From a virus (taxonomy: Duplodnaviria > Caudoviricetes): 64,000 nucleotides of DNA. The translations under genes were made by a program, and so were the position numbers. A model generated the notes under the pieces. That model did not search any database and was not told the origin of the DNA. It saw nothing but the letters and a program-made list of their open reading frames with translations. Shown here in pieces: positions 31,958 to 40,502 of the stretch. The stretch lies in IMG/VR virus record IMGVR_UViG_3300033463_000008. One strand, written 5' to 3'. How positions within the stretch are numbered: the first letter of the stretch is position 1; the number at the start of each line of letters is the position of its first letter.

Positions 31958-34510
31958 CTATTTGGTAAGCAGCGAGGAATCATATGCCACAGTCAGTTCA
32001 ATCTCCTCGCTAGGAATGTTAAACTGGACAATTTCGTTATCGTTCGTGTAATTGGTGATGTTTCCGGTTTCCGGATCAATAAGAGCCTTCGCCGTCTTTG
32101 TGCACAGGATATTCCTCACGAGCTTGATGTAGTTCATCCCGTAAAGGAGGTAATCGAAGAGAACGGAACCGTCAACTTCATGAAGATTCTTTACGGTTTC
32201 AGAATCCTTGAAAGTCAGCACGTCAGAACCGGGTTCCATGCTCCAGGTCTTGATTGTGTTGATAATCGCCTCAAGGACACCCATCTCCGATGAACCGCTG
32301 TTCTTCGCATCTTCCCATGCGTCCACTATCGGCCTGTACACCTGTTGCATCACGTTGGACCAGATATACCCGACATACTTATCGGTAATTCGGTCGCTCG
32401 GATCATACGGCTTGACATGCGATGTGTAGTAATACGTCAGAAGAGTCTGCATATCCTTCTGGTTCGGGAGCTTGAAAGTGAAAGAACGGTTTTGGAGAGT
32501 CCCGTTATAGGAAACATCCGCATTTAGCGTAAATTCAGGTCCGTCAAACGTGACCGTGCCGGGCGCGATAAAGTCAGACGTGAGCACGCCAAGCCACGGG
32601 TAATCTTCAAGGTCAAGCCCGTCATATCCATTGTCGGGGACAGTAAACGTCACATCCACCCCGGCAACTTCCGGCATCGTATGGACAATGGACGCAATCC
32701 TTGAACGGTAAATCGGTGAACAGAATTCAGTATTGTCCTTCAGGAACTTGTAGACAGCCTTGGTTATCTTTTCACGCACGTCGGTAAAGTTGTTGCCCTT
32801 GTAAAGGGTGACATCCATGTGCATCGACATGTTGTGGACGGTCGGGAACACGAAGTTATGGTATCCGCCACCAAGCGTAACCATCGAACGGCGGTTCAGT
32901 GCAACCATGATAGAATGAAGCTCGCTGCCATCCACCACATAGTCCAACGGCGTAACCATTGCGCCAAATACGCGGTAGTCCGGCTTGACCACCGGAATAT
33001 ACGGCAAGATAGCCTTCTGCATAATAGTCGCAAGCGTGGTCTCGTCCACGATTTCGGAAAGCGCCTTGTTGATGTTGGACACAATCTTTGCGCCATCGTG
33101 TGCAACCACGGAATTGTCAAGTTCCTCGTAGTCGTATTCCCACGTGTTCATGAGACCGTTCACCTTGAAGCCGCTGAGGAAATATTCCGACGGGGCAGTC
33201 GGGTAGTACTTGCCGTCTTTTTCACGATAAAGGTCTTTCAGCGCACTGAACCGAATCTGGTTCATATACTTCACGTTGATTCCGCCATTCGGGAGCTTCG
33301 TATTCAAGATGTCCTCGCCGTAAGCGGATGCATACTTGATGTCGGCGTAACGGCGAAGGAAGGTCTTGTATCCACGGCGGGTGACAAGGCGGTCAAGCGA
33401 ATTGTAAATCTGGGAAGCGTTGTTCTTGATTGAATCGATGCTCTCGATGTTCAGACCACCGCGAATGTCGGTAGTAAGGAACATGTTAAGGTCGGAAACA
33501 AGAAGGTCGCTTTCCTTGCCATTTGCCTGGGTGATGCGAATACCGCCACCAGCAACGGAAAGCGTGGTGCCTTCCACGCCAAGAAGGTTTCCCTGTTCCC
33601 CGGAGGTGGAAAAGTACTTGACGATAATGTCGCCGTACGGGATTGCGGATTTCAGCCCATCACCAAATCGCAATTCAACACCGCCATCATTGGAAGTCCC
33701 TACGATTACAGTATAGTTGGTCGTAAAGTTCTTGTCGCCATCCGCAAATTTCTGAATGTCGTTCGCATTGTCTTCATTGCTCGGGTCAATAAGCCCGCGG
33801 CGGGAAATACGCCAATACAGACGGTCGTTCTTCACCGTATTCGGGTCGATGTTGTCAACTAGCGTGGCATCGCTGGTGACAGTCGTAAAACACGCGGCAC
33901 GCTGGGTAATATGCCCATCGTCCGCATAGTTCGGATCGTTTTCGCCAAAGTAATCGGAGAATGTAGGGTCATTGAGGTAGAATACCTGGTTCTGCTGCCC
34001 ATTGGAAATCAATGCGTCAGTACGGTACGTTCCTTCTACAAGCACCGCCACGCCGGAAACAAGCTTCATCAGTCCGGTCGAATCTTCGTCAGTTGCACGG
34101 TCATATCCGAATTCCATGTCGGTAACGGCAGTGAGCGTTCTTGCACTCATTGAAAATACAGTCCCCTTCGGGATATACACCCGGACAGTGTCATAGACAC
34201 CGGACTTCGTGAGGCGCAGGCCAATTCCCGCCTTTGCAGGAACCGGACGGCGGACGCTGTAACCAAGCATCCTGGCACCGGCATAGACCGATGATGAGTT
34301 CTCTGCGGTTTCAAGGAAGGCGTTTGCAAATACCGCTTCGGCATAGTATGCCATAAGGTCGCTCTGGCCTGCAAACAATTCAATAAGAGTCTTGCCGTAG
34401 GAGCTTGCGCCGAAGTCAGCCAGCCGGCCTTCCTTGGCCTGGAGAATCGAAACAAGATGGTCCCTGGCCTCTTCAAATGAGATTATTCCATACTTACGTG
34501 CAACTGCCAT
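31958..34510 (-). CDS. Baseplate wedge subunit (T4 gp6-like)
   Basis: FLETAE..SVYAGARMLGYSVRRPVPA, LRFGDG, GGLNIESIDSIKNNA..RLVTRRGY. Confidence 0.9.
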   Translation of the reverse strand: MAVARKYGIISFEEARDHLVSILQAKEGRLADFGASSYGKTLIELFAGQSDLMAYYAEAVFANAFLETAENSSSVYAGARMLGYSVRRPVPAKAGIGLRLTKSGVYDTVRVYIPKGTVFSMSARTLTAVTDMEFGYDRATDEDSTGLMKLVSGVAVLVEGTYRTDALISNGQQNQVFYLNDPTFSDYFGENDPNYADDGHITQRAACFTTVTSDATLVDNIDPNTVKNDRLYWRISRRGLIDPSNEDNANDIQKFADGDKNFTTNYTVIVGTSNDGGVELRFGDGLKSAIPYGDIIVKYFSTSGEQGNLLGVEGTTLSVAGGGIRITQANGKESDLLVSDLNMFLTTDIRGGLNIESIDSIKNNASQIYNSLDRLVTRRGYKTFLRRYADIKYASAYGEDILNTKLPNGGINVKYMNQIRFSALKDLYREKDGKYYPTAPSEYFLSGFKVNGLMNTWEYDYEELDNSVVAHDGAKIVSNINKALSEIVDETTLATIMQKAILPYIPVVKPDYRVFGAMVTPLDYVVDGSELHSIMVALNRRSMVTLGGGYHNFVFPTVHNMSMHMDVTLYKGNNFTDVREKITKAVYKFLKDNTEFCSPIYRSRIASIVHTMPEVAGVDVTFTVPDNGYDGLDLEDYPWLGVLTSDFIAPGTVTFDGPEFTLNADVSYNGTLQNRSFTFKLPNQKDMQTLLTYYYTSHVKPYDPSDRITDKYVGYIWSNVMQQVYRPIVDAWEDAKNSGSSEMGVLEAIINTIKTWSMEPGSDVLTFKDSETVKNLHEVDGSVLFDYLLYGMNYIKLVRNILCTKTAKALIDPETGNITNYTNDNEIVQFNIPSEEIELTVAYDSSLLTK

Positions 34511-34533
34511 ACATCATTTCCTCTTTCGCCAAC

Positions 34534-34571
34534 AGTTTATAACGTTTTTGGGGTAGGTGCCACTATAAACT
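34534..34571. promoter_or_regulatory. Divergent late boxes TATAAACT (minus 34534-34541, plus 34564-34571)
   Basis: Between the gp6-like and gp14-like genes. Confidence 0.8.
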
Positions 34572-34587
34572 ACACCAAGAGGTTCAG

Positions 34588-35607
34588 ATGCCGATTTTCG
34601 ATTTACCAGTTACAGGATTTTGCAGGGCTACCCGAGTGGTCGTCCCCAATTTCAGCGTGCTTGCACATGTGCAGGAAGGCATGTGGGACCCGAAGGCCAC
34701 CGGTAACGTCGAACGTTCTGAACTCGCGCAGGCCAACCAGCCCGTATTCGAGCATACCGGGCGCCTGGGACGCATCATGACCTTCCGCAAGCAGAATTCC
34801 TTCAAGACGCAGAATCTTATCGCCATTGAACAGCGTGCGGCGACACTTGGCATGGGTGGCATCAACGTTTCCTATTATACCACAACATTCAATGCCTCGG
34901 CAAACCCGGTTACCCACGAAGACAACGCCCGCACCATTGACAGGGTATTTGATATCCCGGTGATAGGTGGATTCGATCCGCAGACCGAACTGTACAGTAG
35001 AATCGGTCTGCAGTTCAGTACGAAAAAGGAAATTTACATCAACATGGACCTATTCCTCGAACTGAATTACCAGTCATTGAAGGAACATGGGGTTATCCCA
35101 GAATGCAACCCGGCTGACCACGACCCGATTTATTCACAGCGCGGCTACTCAAAGTTCAATTACTATGGGTATTCTGCAGGGCAAATATATCCCAAGGCCG
35201 GCGACCTCATAAAAATGCTGAACGACAAGATAACCTTCCAGGTTACAAGCATTACCGACGAGCTGCCCGAATTCCAGCCCGGTTTCCGCAAATACTGGTG
35301 GAAGGCATATCTGGATGTGGCTGTGGACAGCGGCCAGATTGTCGCGGAAGATGTTGCAAACAGCCCGGTCAACAAGCACTTCATCGACAACCTGTTCGGT
35401 CAGGCTTCCCTCGGAAAGGCCACCGACGGCACATCGACGGAAAAGGAACTTACCGATTCCGCAGGCAACCCGCTTGCCATCAGGGACGAAGACCTCGCCA
35501 AGCTCAAGGACGCCATCTTGTTCCGTCCACCCGAAGTGGACGAATGTGTCAAGGATATCACCGGCGACCCGAACTACCAGGCATGCCCATCTATGGGAAG
35601 CTGGTAA
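34588..35607 (+). CDS. Neck protein (T4 gp14-like head closure)
   Basis: GINVSYY..HED..LYSRIGLQ..PKAGDLI..FQVT pattern of gp14. Confidence 0.7.
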   Translation: MPIFDLPVTGFCRATRVVVPNFSVLAHVQEGMWDPKATGNVERSELAQANQPVFEHTGRLGRIMTFRKQNSFKTQNLIAIEQRAATLGMGGINVSYYTTTFNASANPVTHEDNARTIDRVFDIPVIGGFDPQTELYSRIGLQFSTKKEIYINMDLFLELNYQSLKEHGVIPECNPADHDPIYSQRGYSKFNYYGYSAGQIYPKAGDLIKMLNDKITFQVTSITDELPEFQPGFRKYWWKAYLDVAVDSGQIVAEDVANSPVNKHFIDNLFGQASLGKATDGTSTEKELTDSAGNPLAIRDEDLAKLKDAILFRPPEVDECVKDITGDPNYQACPSMGSW

Positions 35608-36270
35608 TTACACAAGTTTCCAAAAGTTTTCTTCAAGCAACTTTGCATCATCAGGATCCAGCGGTTTCTGCGACGCTATCCAATCCTTAATGCGCTGTAT
35701 AATGGACTTCTTAGGTTCAGATTCCTTTGATTCGGGATGGGCAAGCTCTTCAATCGTGTCCGCAACCTTGTATTCGTTGTTCACGCAATGCTCCAGGCCA
35801 TTTTCGTCTACGAGGAACTTAATCATTCCCTCATACTTGAGAATGTAGCTCGTTTCGCTTTCCTTGTGGTACAGGTAGACACGGTGCTTCCCCGTGCGCT
35901 CATCAAAGTACCAATAGCCGACAACGCCGTCATACGCCTTGACGAACAAATATCCAAGATTGACGCCATCAGCCACGGCATGGTCAATCACCACCCTGCG
36001 TTCATATCGGGAAGCCATCTTGTCAATCAGCTTCAAGGTAAGCGCTTCATGGAAAATCCTGAGTCCGGGGCAAGTCACCGCCACGTGCTCATTCCCGATA
36101 TTCTCGAAGAAGCACCGGAACTTGCCGATGAAGAACTGGCTCTTGGAGATGGGGTCCACCGCCGTTTCGCGGAGAATCGTGAGGTCTTTGTTCAAGTTGG
36201 CTGCCTTGTCGTGTGCAGCAATGTATCGCAGCATTTCAGCCACGGTGATAAGGTCGTATTTCGGGTTCAT
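35608..36270 (-). CDS. Hypothetical protein (start corrected to ATG 36270)
   Basis: Sigma70-like promoter ends 6 nt before this ATG; the longer track start runs through a terminator. Confidence 0.7.
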   Translation of the reverse strand: MNPKYDLITVAEMLRYIAAHDKAANLNKDLTILRETAVDPISKSQFFIGKFRCFFENIGNEHVAVTCPGLRIFHEALTLKLIDKMASRYERRVVIDHAVADGVNLGYLFVKAYDGVVGYWYFDERTGKHRVYLYHKESETSYILKYEGMIKFLVDENGLEHCVNNEYKVADTIEELAHPESKESEPKKSIIQRIKDWIASQKPLDPDDAKLLEENFWKLV

Positions 36271-36276
36271 ATGTAA

Positions 36277-36305
36277 AATATAACAAAGTTCAATGTTGTA
36301 TGCAA
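36277..36305 (-). promoter_or_regulatory. Sigma70-type promoter TTGCAT-17-TATATT
   Basis: Canonical spacing; TATATT boxes also at 38559, 49875, 58591, 59277. Confidence 0.7.
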
Positions 36306-36308
36306 CGG

Positions 36309-36334
36309 AAAAGGCCGGCAAAATGCCGACCTTT
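36309..36334 (-). terminator. Intrinsic terminator
   Basis: aaggccggca-aaa-tgccgacctt hairpin with T-tract on the minus strand. Confidence 0.65.
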
Positions 36335-36355
36335 AACACATAGGAGGAAATTCAA

Positions 36356-36673
36356 TTAGTCGTCTTTCTCTTCTTTCTTGTCCGACTTGCTGTTGTACTT
36401 TGCACCCTTTTCGGCAGCCATACGCTGTTTAAGCTTCTCGGTCGGGATGTCATGGAACATCTTGCGGTGGAGGTCCTTGTAGCTAGCCTTGACATTGTTC
36501 CTGTACTGCGGGTCAAGGTACTTCGAGTCCATCCAAGGAGCGTCTTCTTTGACGCCTTCGAAGCAAACTTTGGCTGCGGAACGGACTGCCTCACACAATC
36601 CGGTTGCACCGCTAGCCTTCTCGAAATTGGTGAGGAAGGTGTTAAATTTTTTAATACGTTCGTTGAGATCCAT
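36356..36673 (-). CDS. Small basic protein; candidate internal head protein
   Basis: Late box variant 36700-36707; N-terminal module ending VCFE|G. Confidence 0.75.
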   Translation of the reverse strand: MDLNERIKKFNTFLTNFEKASGATGLCEAVRSAAKVCFEGVKEDAPWMDSKYLDPQYRNNVKASYKDLHRKMFHDIPTEKLKQRMAAEKGAKYNSKSDKKEEKDD

Positions 36674-36702
36674 TGTTAAACTCCGGAATGTTTTACTACA
36701 GC

Positions 36703-37464
36703 TTATATACCGGACAAATCGGTCATCATGAATGCACCCGGCGATTCCTTGATAACCTTCTCTTCCAGCTTTTCAAGACGGGCAGCAGCCGTATCATAGA
36801 TTTCCTTGCCGTTGATGGTCAACCCGCCCGGCATCGTAAAGGTATGCTTCTTCAAGATGATGCCAAGCTGTTCCTGTGCCCGCCAGAAAGCCATGTCACG
36901 GAATAGGATGTTGTTGTAGAGCTCGGACTTCTTGGCCTTCAGGTACACTTCAGCAACCGCGTTCGTCCTGGACCTCGGGGTCGGGTATATCCTCAGGAGA
37001 TGGTCCGTCGGATGGAACTTGATATGATACTGCGTGCCGACAAGCTTCTTCACGTCCTCCAGGTAGCGCAACGCGCCTGAATAGGTAATGAGGTCAAACT
37101 GCCCAAGGCCACCAAGACCGGCACCACCGACACCCATCAGGGATTCACCCGGCCCAACGTCCCATGCCATCATCGGGCTGAACGTGTTGCCGTAACTCGG
37201 GTTCACTTCAATGACGTTGACGACATTAGGCGGAACACGATATTCCATGACCCCCGGAACAAGATGGAGGACCATGAGGTCAATGTACTGGGCTTCGTCC
37301 ACACAATAACGGTAGAAGAAGTCCTCGGTGTCCTCAATAGCCATGTGTACATGGCCGAGACCACGGTCTTCTTCCACGACCATTTCAATTTCCTGACACT
37401 GCCCGCCCATCCTGGAAATGATACGGCGCACCATGTCATCGCGTGTGATATACTTGGCATCCAT
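36703..37464 (-). CDS. Neck protein (T4 gp13-like head-tail adaptor)
   Basis: IISRMGG..IEM, LRIYPTP, QLGIILKKH..MPGGLTINGKEIYDTA. Confidence 0.9.
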   Translation of the reverse strand: MDAKYITRDDMVRRIISRMGGQCQEIEMVVEEDRGLGHVHMAIEDTEDFFYRYCVDEAQYIDLMVLHLVPGVMEYRVPPNVVNVIEVNPSYGNTFSPMMAWDVGPGESLMGVGGAGLGGLGQFDLITYSGALRYLEDVKKLVGTQYHIKFHPTDHLLRIYPTPRSRTNAVAEVYLKAKKSELYNNILFRDMAFWRAQEQLGIILKKHTFTMPGGLTINGKEIYDTAAARLEKLEEKVIKESPGAFMMTDLSGI

Positions 37465-37470
37465 GCCAGC

Positions 37471-37482
37471 AGTTTATAAGCT
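37471..37482. promoter_or_regulatory. Overlapping bidirectional late promoter AGTTTATAAGCT
   Basis: Reads TATAAACT on minus and TATAAGCT on plus; each is followed 6 nt later by an ATG (37464, 37489). Confidence 0.8.
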
Positions 37483-37488
37483 ATGGTC

Positions 37489-37962
37489 ATGGAACCAATC
37501 GAACTACTGCGAACCAGCGTCTTCAGGACTACGAACAATCCCGAACTGACCGATGCCATCATCAGGATATTCGAGACTGCCGGGGATGATACCAATGTCG
37601 CCATGGAAGCTCTTGGCAGGCTGGTAGGCTACGAGTTCGGCGAGTTCATCATGCAGCTCGCCGATATCGCATTTGACCGTGAACCGGCACTGTGTGTCGA
37701 TCCGTTATACCAAGATGCCTCGGTTGAAACCGAGGCCCGCCCGAAACACGCGACGGGATGCTTTGTCCAGCCAATAATCGCACAGGGAAACATGGCAAAG
37801 AACCTGCGGGATGACCAGCAGTGGAAGCACATCAGGAAATTCAATCCTATGCTGGAACAGGAAATCATCAAGTTTAACAACATGAATGAATTTGAAAAGT
37901 TGCGGTACTTGACCGCCAAGGAAATGGCGCAAAAATATCCGATTGGGCGGACCCGTACTTAG
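37489..37962 (+). CDS. Hypothetical protein; candidate internal head protein
   Basis: Start likely ATG 37489; N-terminal module ..LTDAIIRIFE|TA. Confidence 0.7.
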   Translation: MEPIELLRTSVFRTTNNPELTDAIIRIFETAGDDTNVAMEALGRLVGYEFGEFIMQLADIAFDREPALCVDPLYQDASVETEARPKHATGCFVQPIIAQGNMAKNLRDDQQWKHIRKFNPMLEQEIIKFNNMNEFEKLRYLTAKEMAQKYPIGRTRT

Positions 37963-38540
37963 CGGAACATTCGCGGGAAAGCATCTACCGTGCCAAACAG
38001 TTCAAATTTCGGGGAATAATCTTTCCAATCCTTAATCAGGGTTGAATTCTTCGAGTGTCCGCCTGGCGGAATGGCAACCGGAATATGCGAGTGTTCAGCA
38101 GTAGATTTAAAATCCCCCACGACCCCAACGGCAAACGCATCGCCCGTAATACCAATCGTATCAACCAGCAGTTTAACCTTCTTGCCCAAGTTGGCGGCAA
38201 TGTATTCCTTTACATCAGGATGGTCATCTGGAACCCCGAAAGACAATGTGCAGCGTTCACATTTCATTTCCCACCCATAAGGTGCCAACGGCTGCATTAC
38301 ATCAATTAGACGGCGTGTTGACGCCCCATCAAGAAAAATCCCGAAGAAAACGGCATGGTTTCCTTCGGGCAGTTCCATTAAATGTTCGAGGTTGAAATTA
38401 TAGCGCCAATCAGCACCATACTGTTTGGTCCACTGAATCATAACAGAATCACCCAGATCGTGTCCAGCTTTTTCCGACTCAATCCACTTGTGCCGGAGCA
38501 TTTCTTCTTTCTGGGCAGCCATGATATCAGCCATCTTCAT
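37959..38540 (-). CDS. DUF4032-like domain fused to a degenerate 2H phosphoesterase-like domain
   Basis: EMLRHKWIESEKAGHDLG..W..W is the DUF4032-type motif; the C-terminal part aligns with the 2H layout (RCTLSFG ... HIPVA..GGHSKNS..IKDW). Confidence 0.6.
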   Translation of the reverse strand: MKMADIMAAQKEEMLRHKWIESEKAGHDLGDSVMIQWTKQYGADWRYNFNLEHLMELPEGNHAVFFGIFLDGASTRRLIDVMQPLAPYGWEMKCERCTLSFGVPDDHPDVKEYIAANLGKKVKLLVDTIGITGDAFAVGVVGDFKSTAEHSHIPVAIPPGGHSKNSTLIKDWKDYSPKFELFGTVDAFPRMFR

Positions 38541-38591
38541 ATTAGATCCCCCTCAGGAAATATAGTACGAAAATGTTACGCCATCTACGGC

Positions 38592-39074
38592 TTAGCCATC
38601 AAACTGAGTGAACTTGTAGATGATGTCGGTCATCTTTTCGTCAAAATCGGCGTAAATATTTTTCACGCCTTCCGACATCTTAGGATTCTTTGCCGCCACG
38701 TCAGCCATGTGTGACTGAAGTTCTTTGAGCTTGGCAATGACGGTCTCGTCATCGACCTTCACATCAGCAGCCGGCTTCCCCGTGATGGCAACATAACTCT
38801 CGGCAAGACGGTCACCGACATCACGGCAAAGGTCATATGCATCCTGCAATAGAGTATGCTTCGACATCTTTTTGACCCCCCAGTGTATCTTATTCAAGTC
38901 ATTGGAGGAGTCAAGGAGCCAATTGGCAGTGTCCTTGACACTGTCGTAGTTTCCGCCCTTACCATCAGCAGCTTCTAATCTGGCAACCATGAGGGCGATA
39001 GACTTCGCAACCATCGGATCGCCGGTAATCTTTGTGGCTGCTTCAACAAGAATCTTGGTTTTGACGGAATTCAT
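38592..39074 (-). CDS. Ferritin/Dps-like four-helix protein (DUF5856-like)
   Basis: IHWGVKKMSKHTLLQDAYD..DRLAESY..NIYADF..IIYKF; late box 39098-39105. Confidence 0.7.
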   Translation of the reverse strand: MNSVKTKILVEAATKITGDPMVAKSIALMVARLEAADGKGGNYDSVKDTANWLLDSSNDLNKIHWGVKKMSKHTLLQDAYDLCRDVGDRLAESYVAITGKPAADVKVDDETVIAKLKELQSHMADVAAKNPKMSEGVKNIYADFDEKMTDIIYKFTQFDG

Positions 39075-39112
39075 AAGAACCTCTTTTTAACAACAGCAGT
39101 TTATAGTCATCA

Positions 39113-39196
39113 CTACAGGAGTCCGCTCCAATCATCATGATTGAAGAATATGACCCCGGCAGCAATGACTACCGCAACTATCACTAGCGACGACAT
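39113..39196 (-). CDS. 27-aa single-TM peptide MSSLVIVAVVIAAGVIFFNHDDWSGLL
   Basis: ATG 3 nt after the stop of 39200..39790; fills the intergenic gap; ends TAG TGA TGA. Confidence 0.55.
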   Translation of the reverse strand: MSSLVIVAVVIAAGVIFFNHDDWSGLL

Positions 39197-39199
39197 GGT

Positions 39200-39790
39200 T
39201 TATTCGCCATCGGCTGCTTTGACCTGTTCAGGTTCCTTGACAGCAGCCTTCGGCTTGCGCTGACGCTTCGGACGGGTGGACACAGTTACCTGTCCGCCCA
39301 TTTCGCTACCGACGGATATGCCATTGGCTACAGGATTCGCATCCACGACGACTTCCGCATTGGCAGGAACGTTCGGTGCAAAGATAGGTTCGGCAGGAGC
39401 CTGTTCAGCGGCGGGAGGAGCCATGAACAATTCCTGTCCAGACAATTCCTGGTCCAGCTTGGCGAGGAATGCATGATAGCGTTCCTTAATGGACTCGATG
39501 ATAGCCTTCTGTTCGCCGGAAAGCACCGGGCTGATTCCAGCAGTAGCGGCCTTCTGTGCTGCTGCGGTTGCACGCTGTCGTGCAATAATTTCCGCAACGG
39601 AATTGTTCTGTGCAGGCTTGGCACCCCGTACAGCAATAACTTTACGTGCAGCTTCGCTTGCCTTGCGTTGCGCGGCAAGAATATCGGCCACGGAGTTGCC
39701 AGCTGGCTTAACTGCCGGACGTGCCGGTACAGCCTTGCGCGTTGCATTAGATGCCCTCTGCTGGGCAGCAAGAATTTCTTGGATTGTCAT
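39200..39790 (-). CDS. Ala-rich protein with three N-terminal repeats
   Basis: TIQEILAAQQRAS / SVADILAAQRKAS / SVAEIIARQRAT; AGGA RBS. Confidence 0.8.
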   Translation of the reverse strand: MTIQEILAAQQRASNATRKAVPARPAVKPAGNSVADILAAQRKASEAARKVIAVRGAKPAQNNSVAEIIARQRATAAAQKAATAGISPVLSGEQKAIIESIKERYHAFLAKLDQELSGQELFMAPPAAEQAPAEPIFAPNVPANAEVVVDANPVANGISVGSEMGGQVTVSTRPKRQRKPKAAVKEPEQVKAADGE

Positions 39791-39824
39791 TGTGTTATCT
39801 TCCTTTCGTTATAAAATTATTTCC

Positions 39825-40502
39825 TTATGGACGCATGCTCCGCATGATATCCAAAGTGCCCTCGGTATCGACAACCGGGGAAGGTTCCGAGGCAGGAGAT
39901 GGCGGTGGAGGCGTCATGGCTTCCGGAGGTGGAGCCATCCATGTCTCCCACTGCTGCGGGGGAGCCGCCTGTGGAGCTGTCGGTTGCATCGGTGCCGGAG
40001 AAAGCCATTCATCCCAACCACCCTGCGCACCCTGTGACGCAGGAACCGTGCCCGCTGAAGCTCCGCTTGCCGACCACGGATCATATTCAGGGGACATGTC
40101 AAAACCAGCGGCAGAACCGACATAACCGGATGGACGGCCCCATGGATCCGTCAACCTCTTATTAGTTTCTTCCTCACTCGGCTTCCGGTACGGATTCCCA
40201 TTGCTGGGCAATTCCAAATCCTGCATCGACACATAGCGCCACGGGACAAATGTACGCGTTCCGTCACGGGCCACATATTCATCCGGACTTTCCCTCCGGA
40301 TAATCCTCGCCATATCACCTTCAGGAGCCTTCCCGTCATAAGTACGGTCTTCGATGAAGGCACGTTGCCTATCGGCTGGAGTCATCGGTTTCGGCTGAGG
40401 GGCAGGTGCACTAGGCTTCATATTGGGACGGCGTTGCTGTCTGGCAATACGGTCGGCTTCACATGCCCTTCGCTGCTGTTCGATTATTTCGGCGACTGTC
40501 AT
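39825..40502 (-). CDS. Pro-rich low-complexity protein
   Basis: ATGA-coupled to gp15; N-terminus MTVAEIIEQQRRA. Confidence 0.75.
   Translation of the reverse strand: MTVAEIIEQQRRACEADRIARQQRRPNMKPSAPAPQPKPMTPADRQRAFIEDRTYDGKAPEGDMARIIRRESPDEYVARDGTRTFVPWRYVSMQDLELPSNGNPYRKPSEEETNKRLTDPWGRPSGYVGSAAGFDMSPEYDPWSASGASAGTVPASQGAQGGWDEWLSPAPMQPTAPQAAPPQQWETWMAPPPEAMTPPPPSPASEPSPVVDTEGTLDIMRSMRP

Noticed and set aside
1010-33433. Long plus-strand ORFs antisense to structural genes (e.g. 1010..1912, 4125..5021, 15928..16902, 27254..28075)
   Set aside because: Shadow frames produced by codon bias of the real minus-strand genes; no RBS, promoter or recognisable motif.
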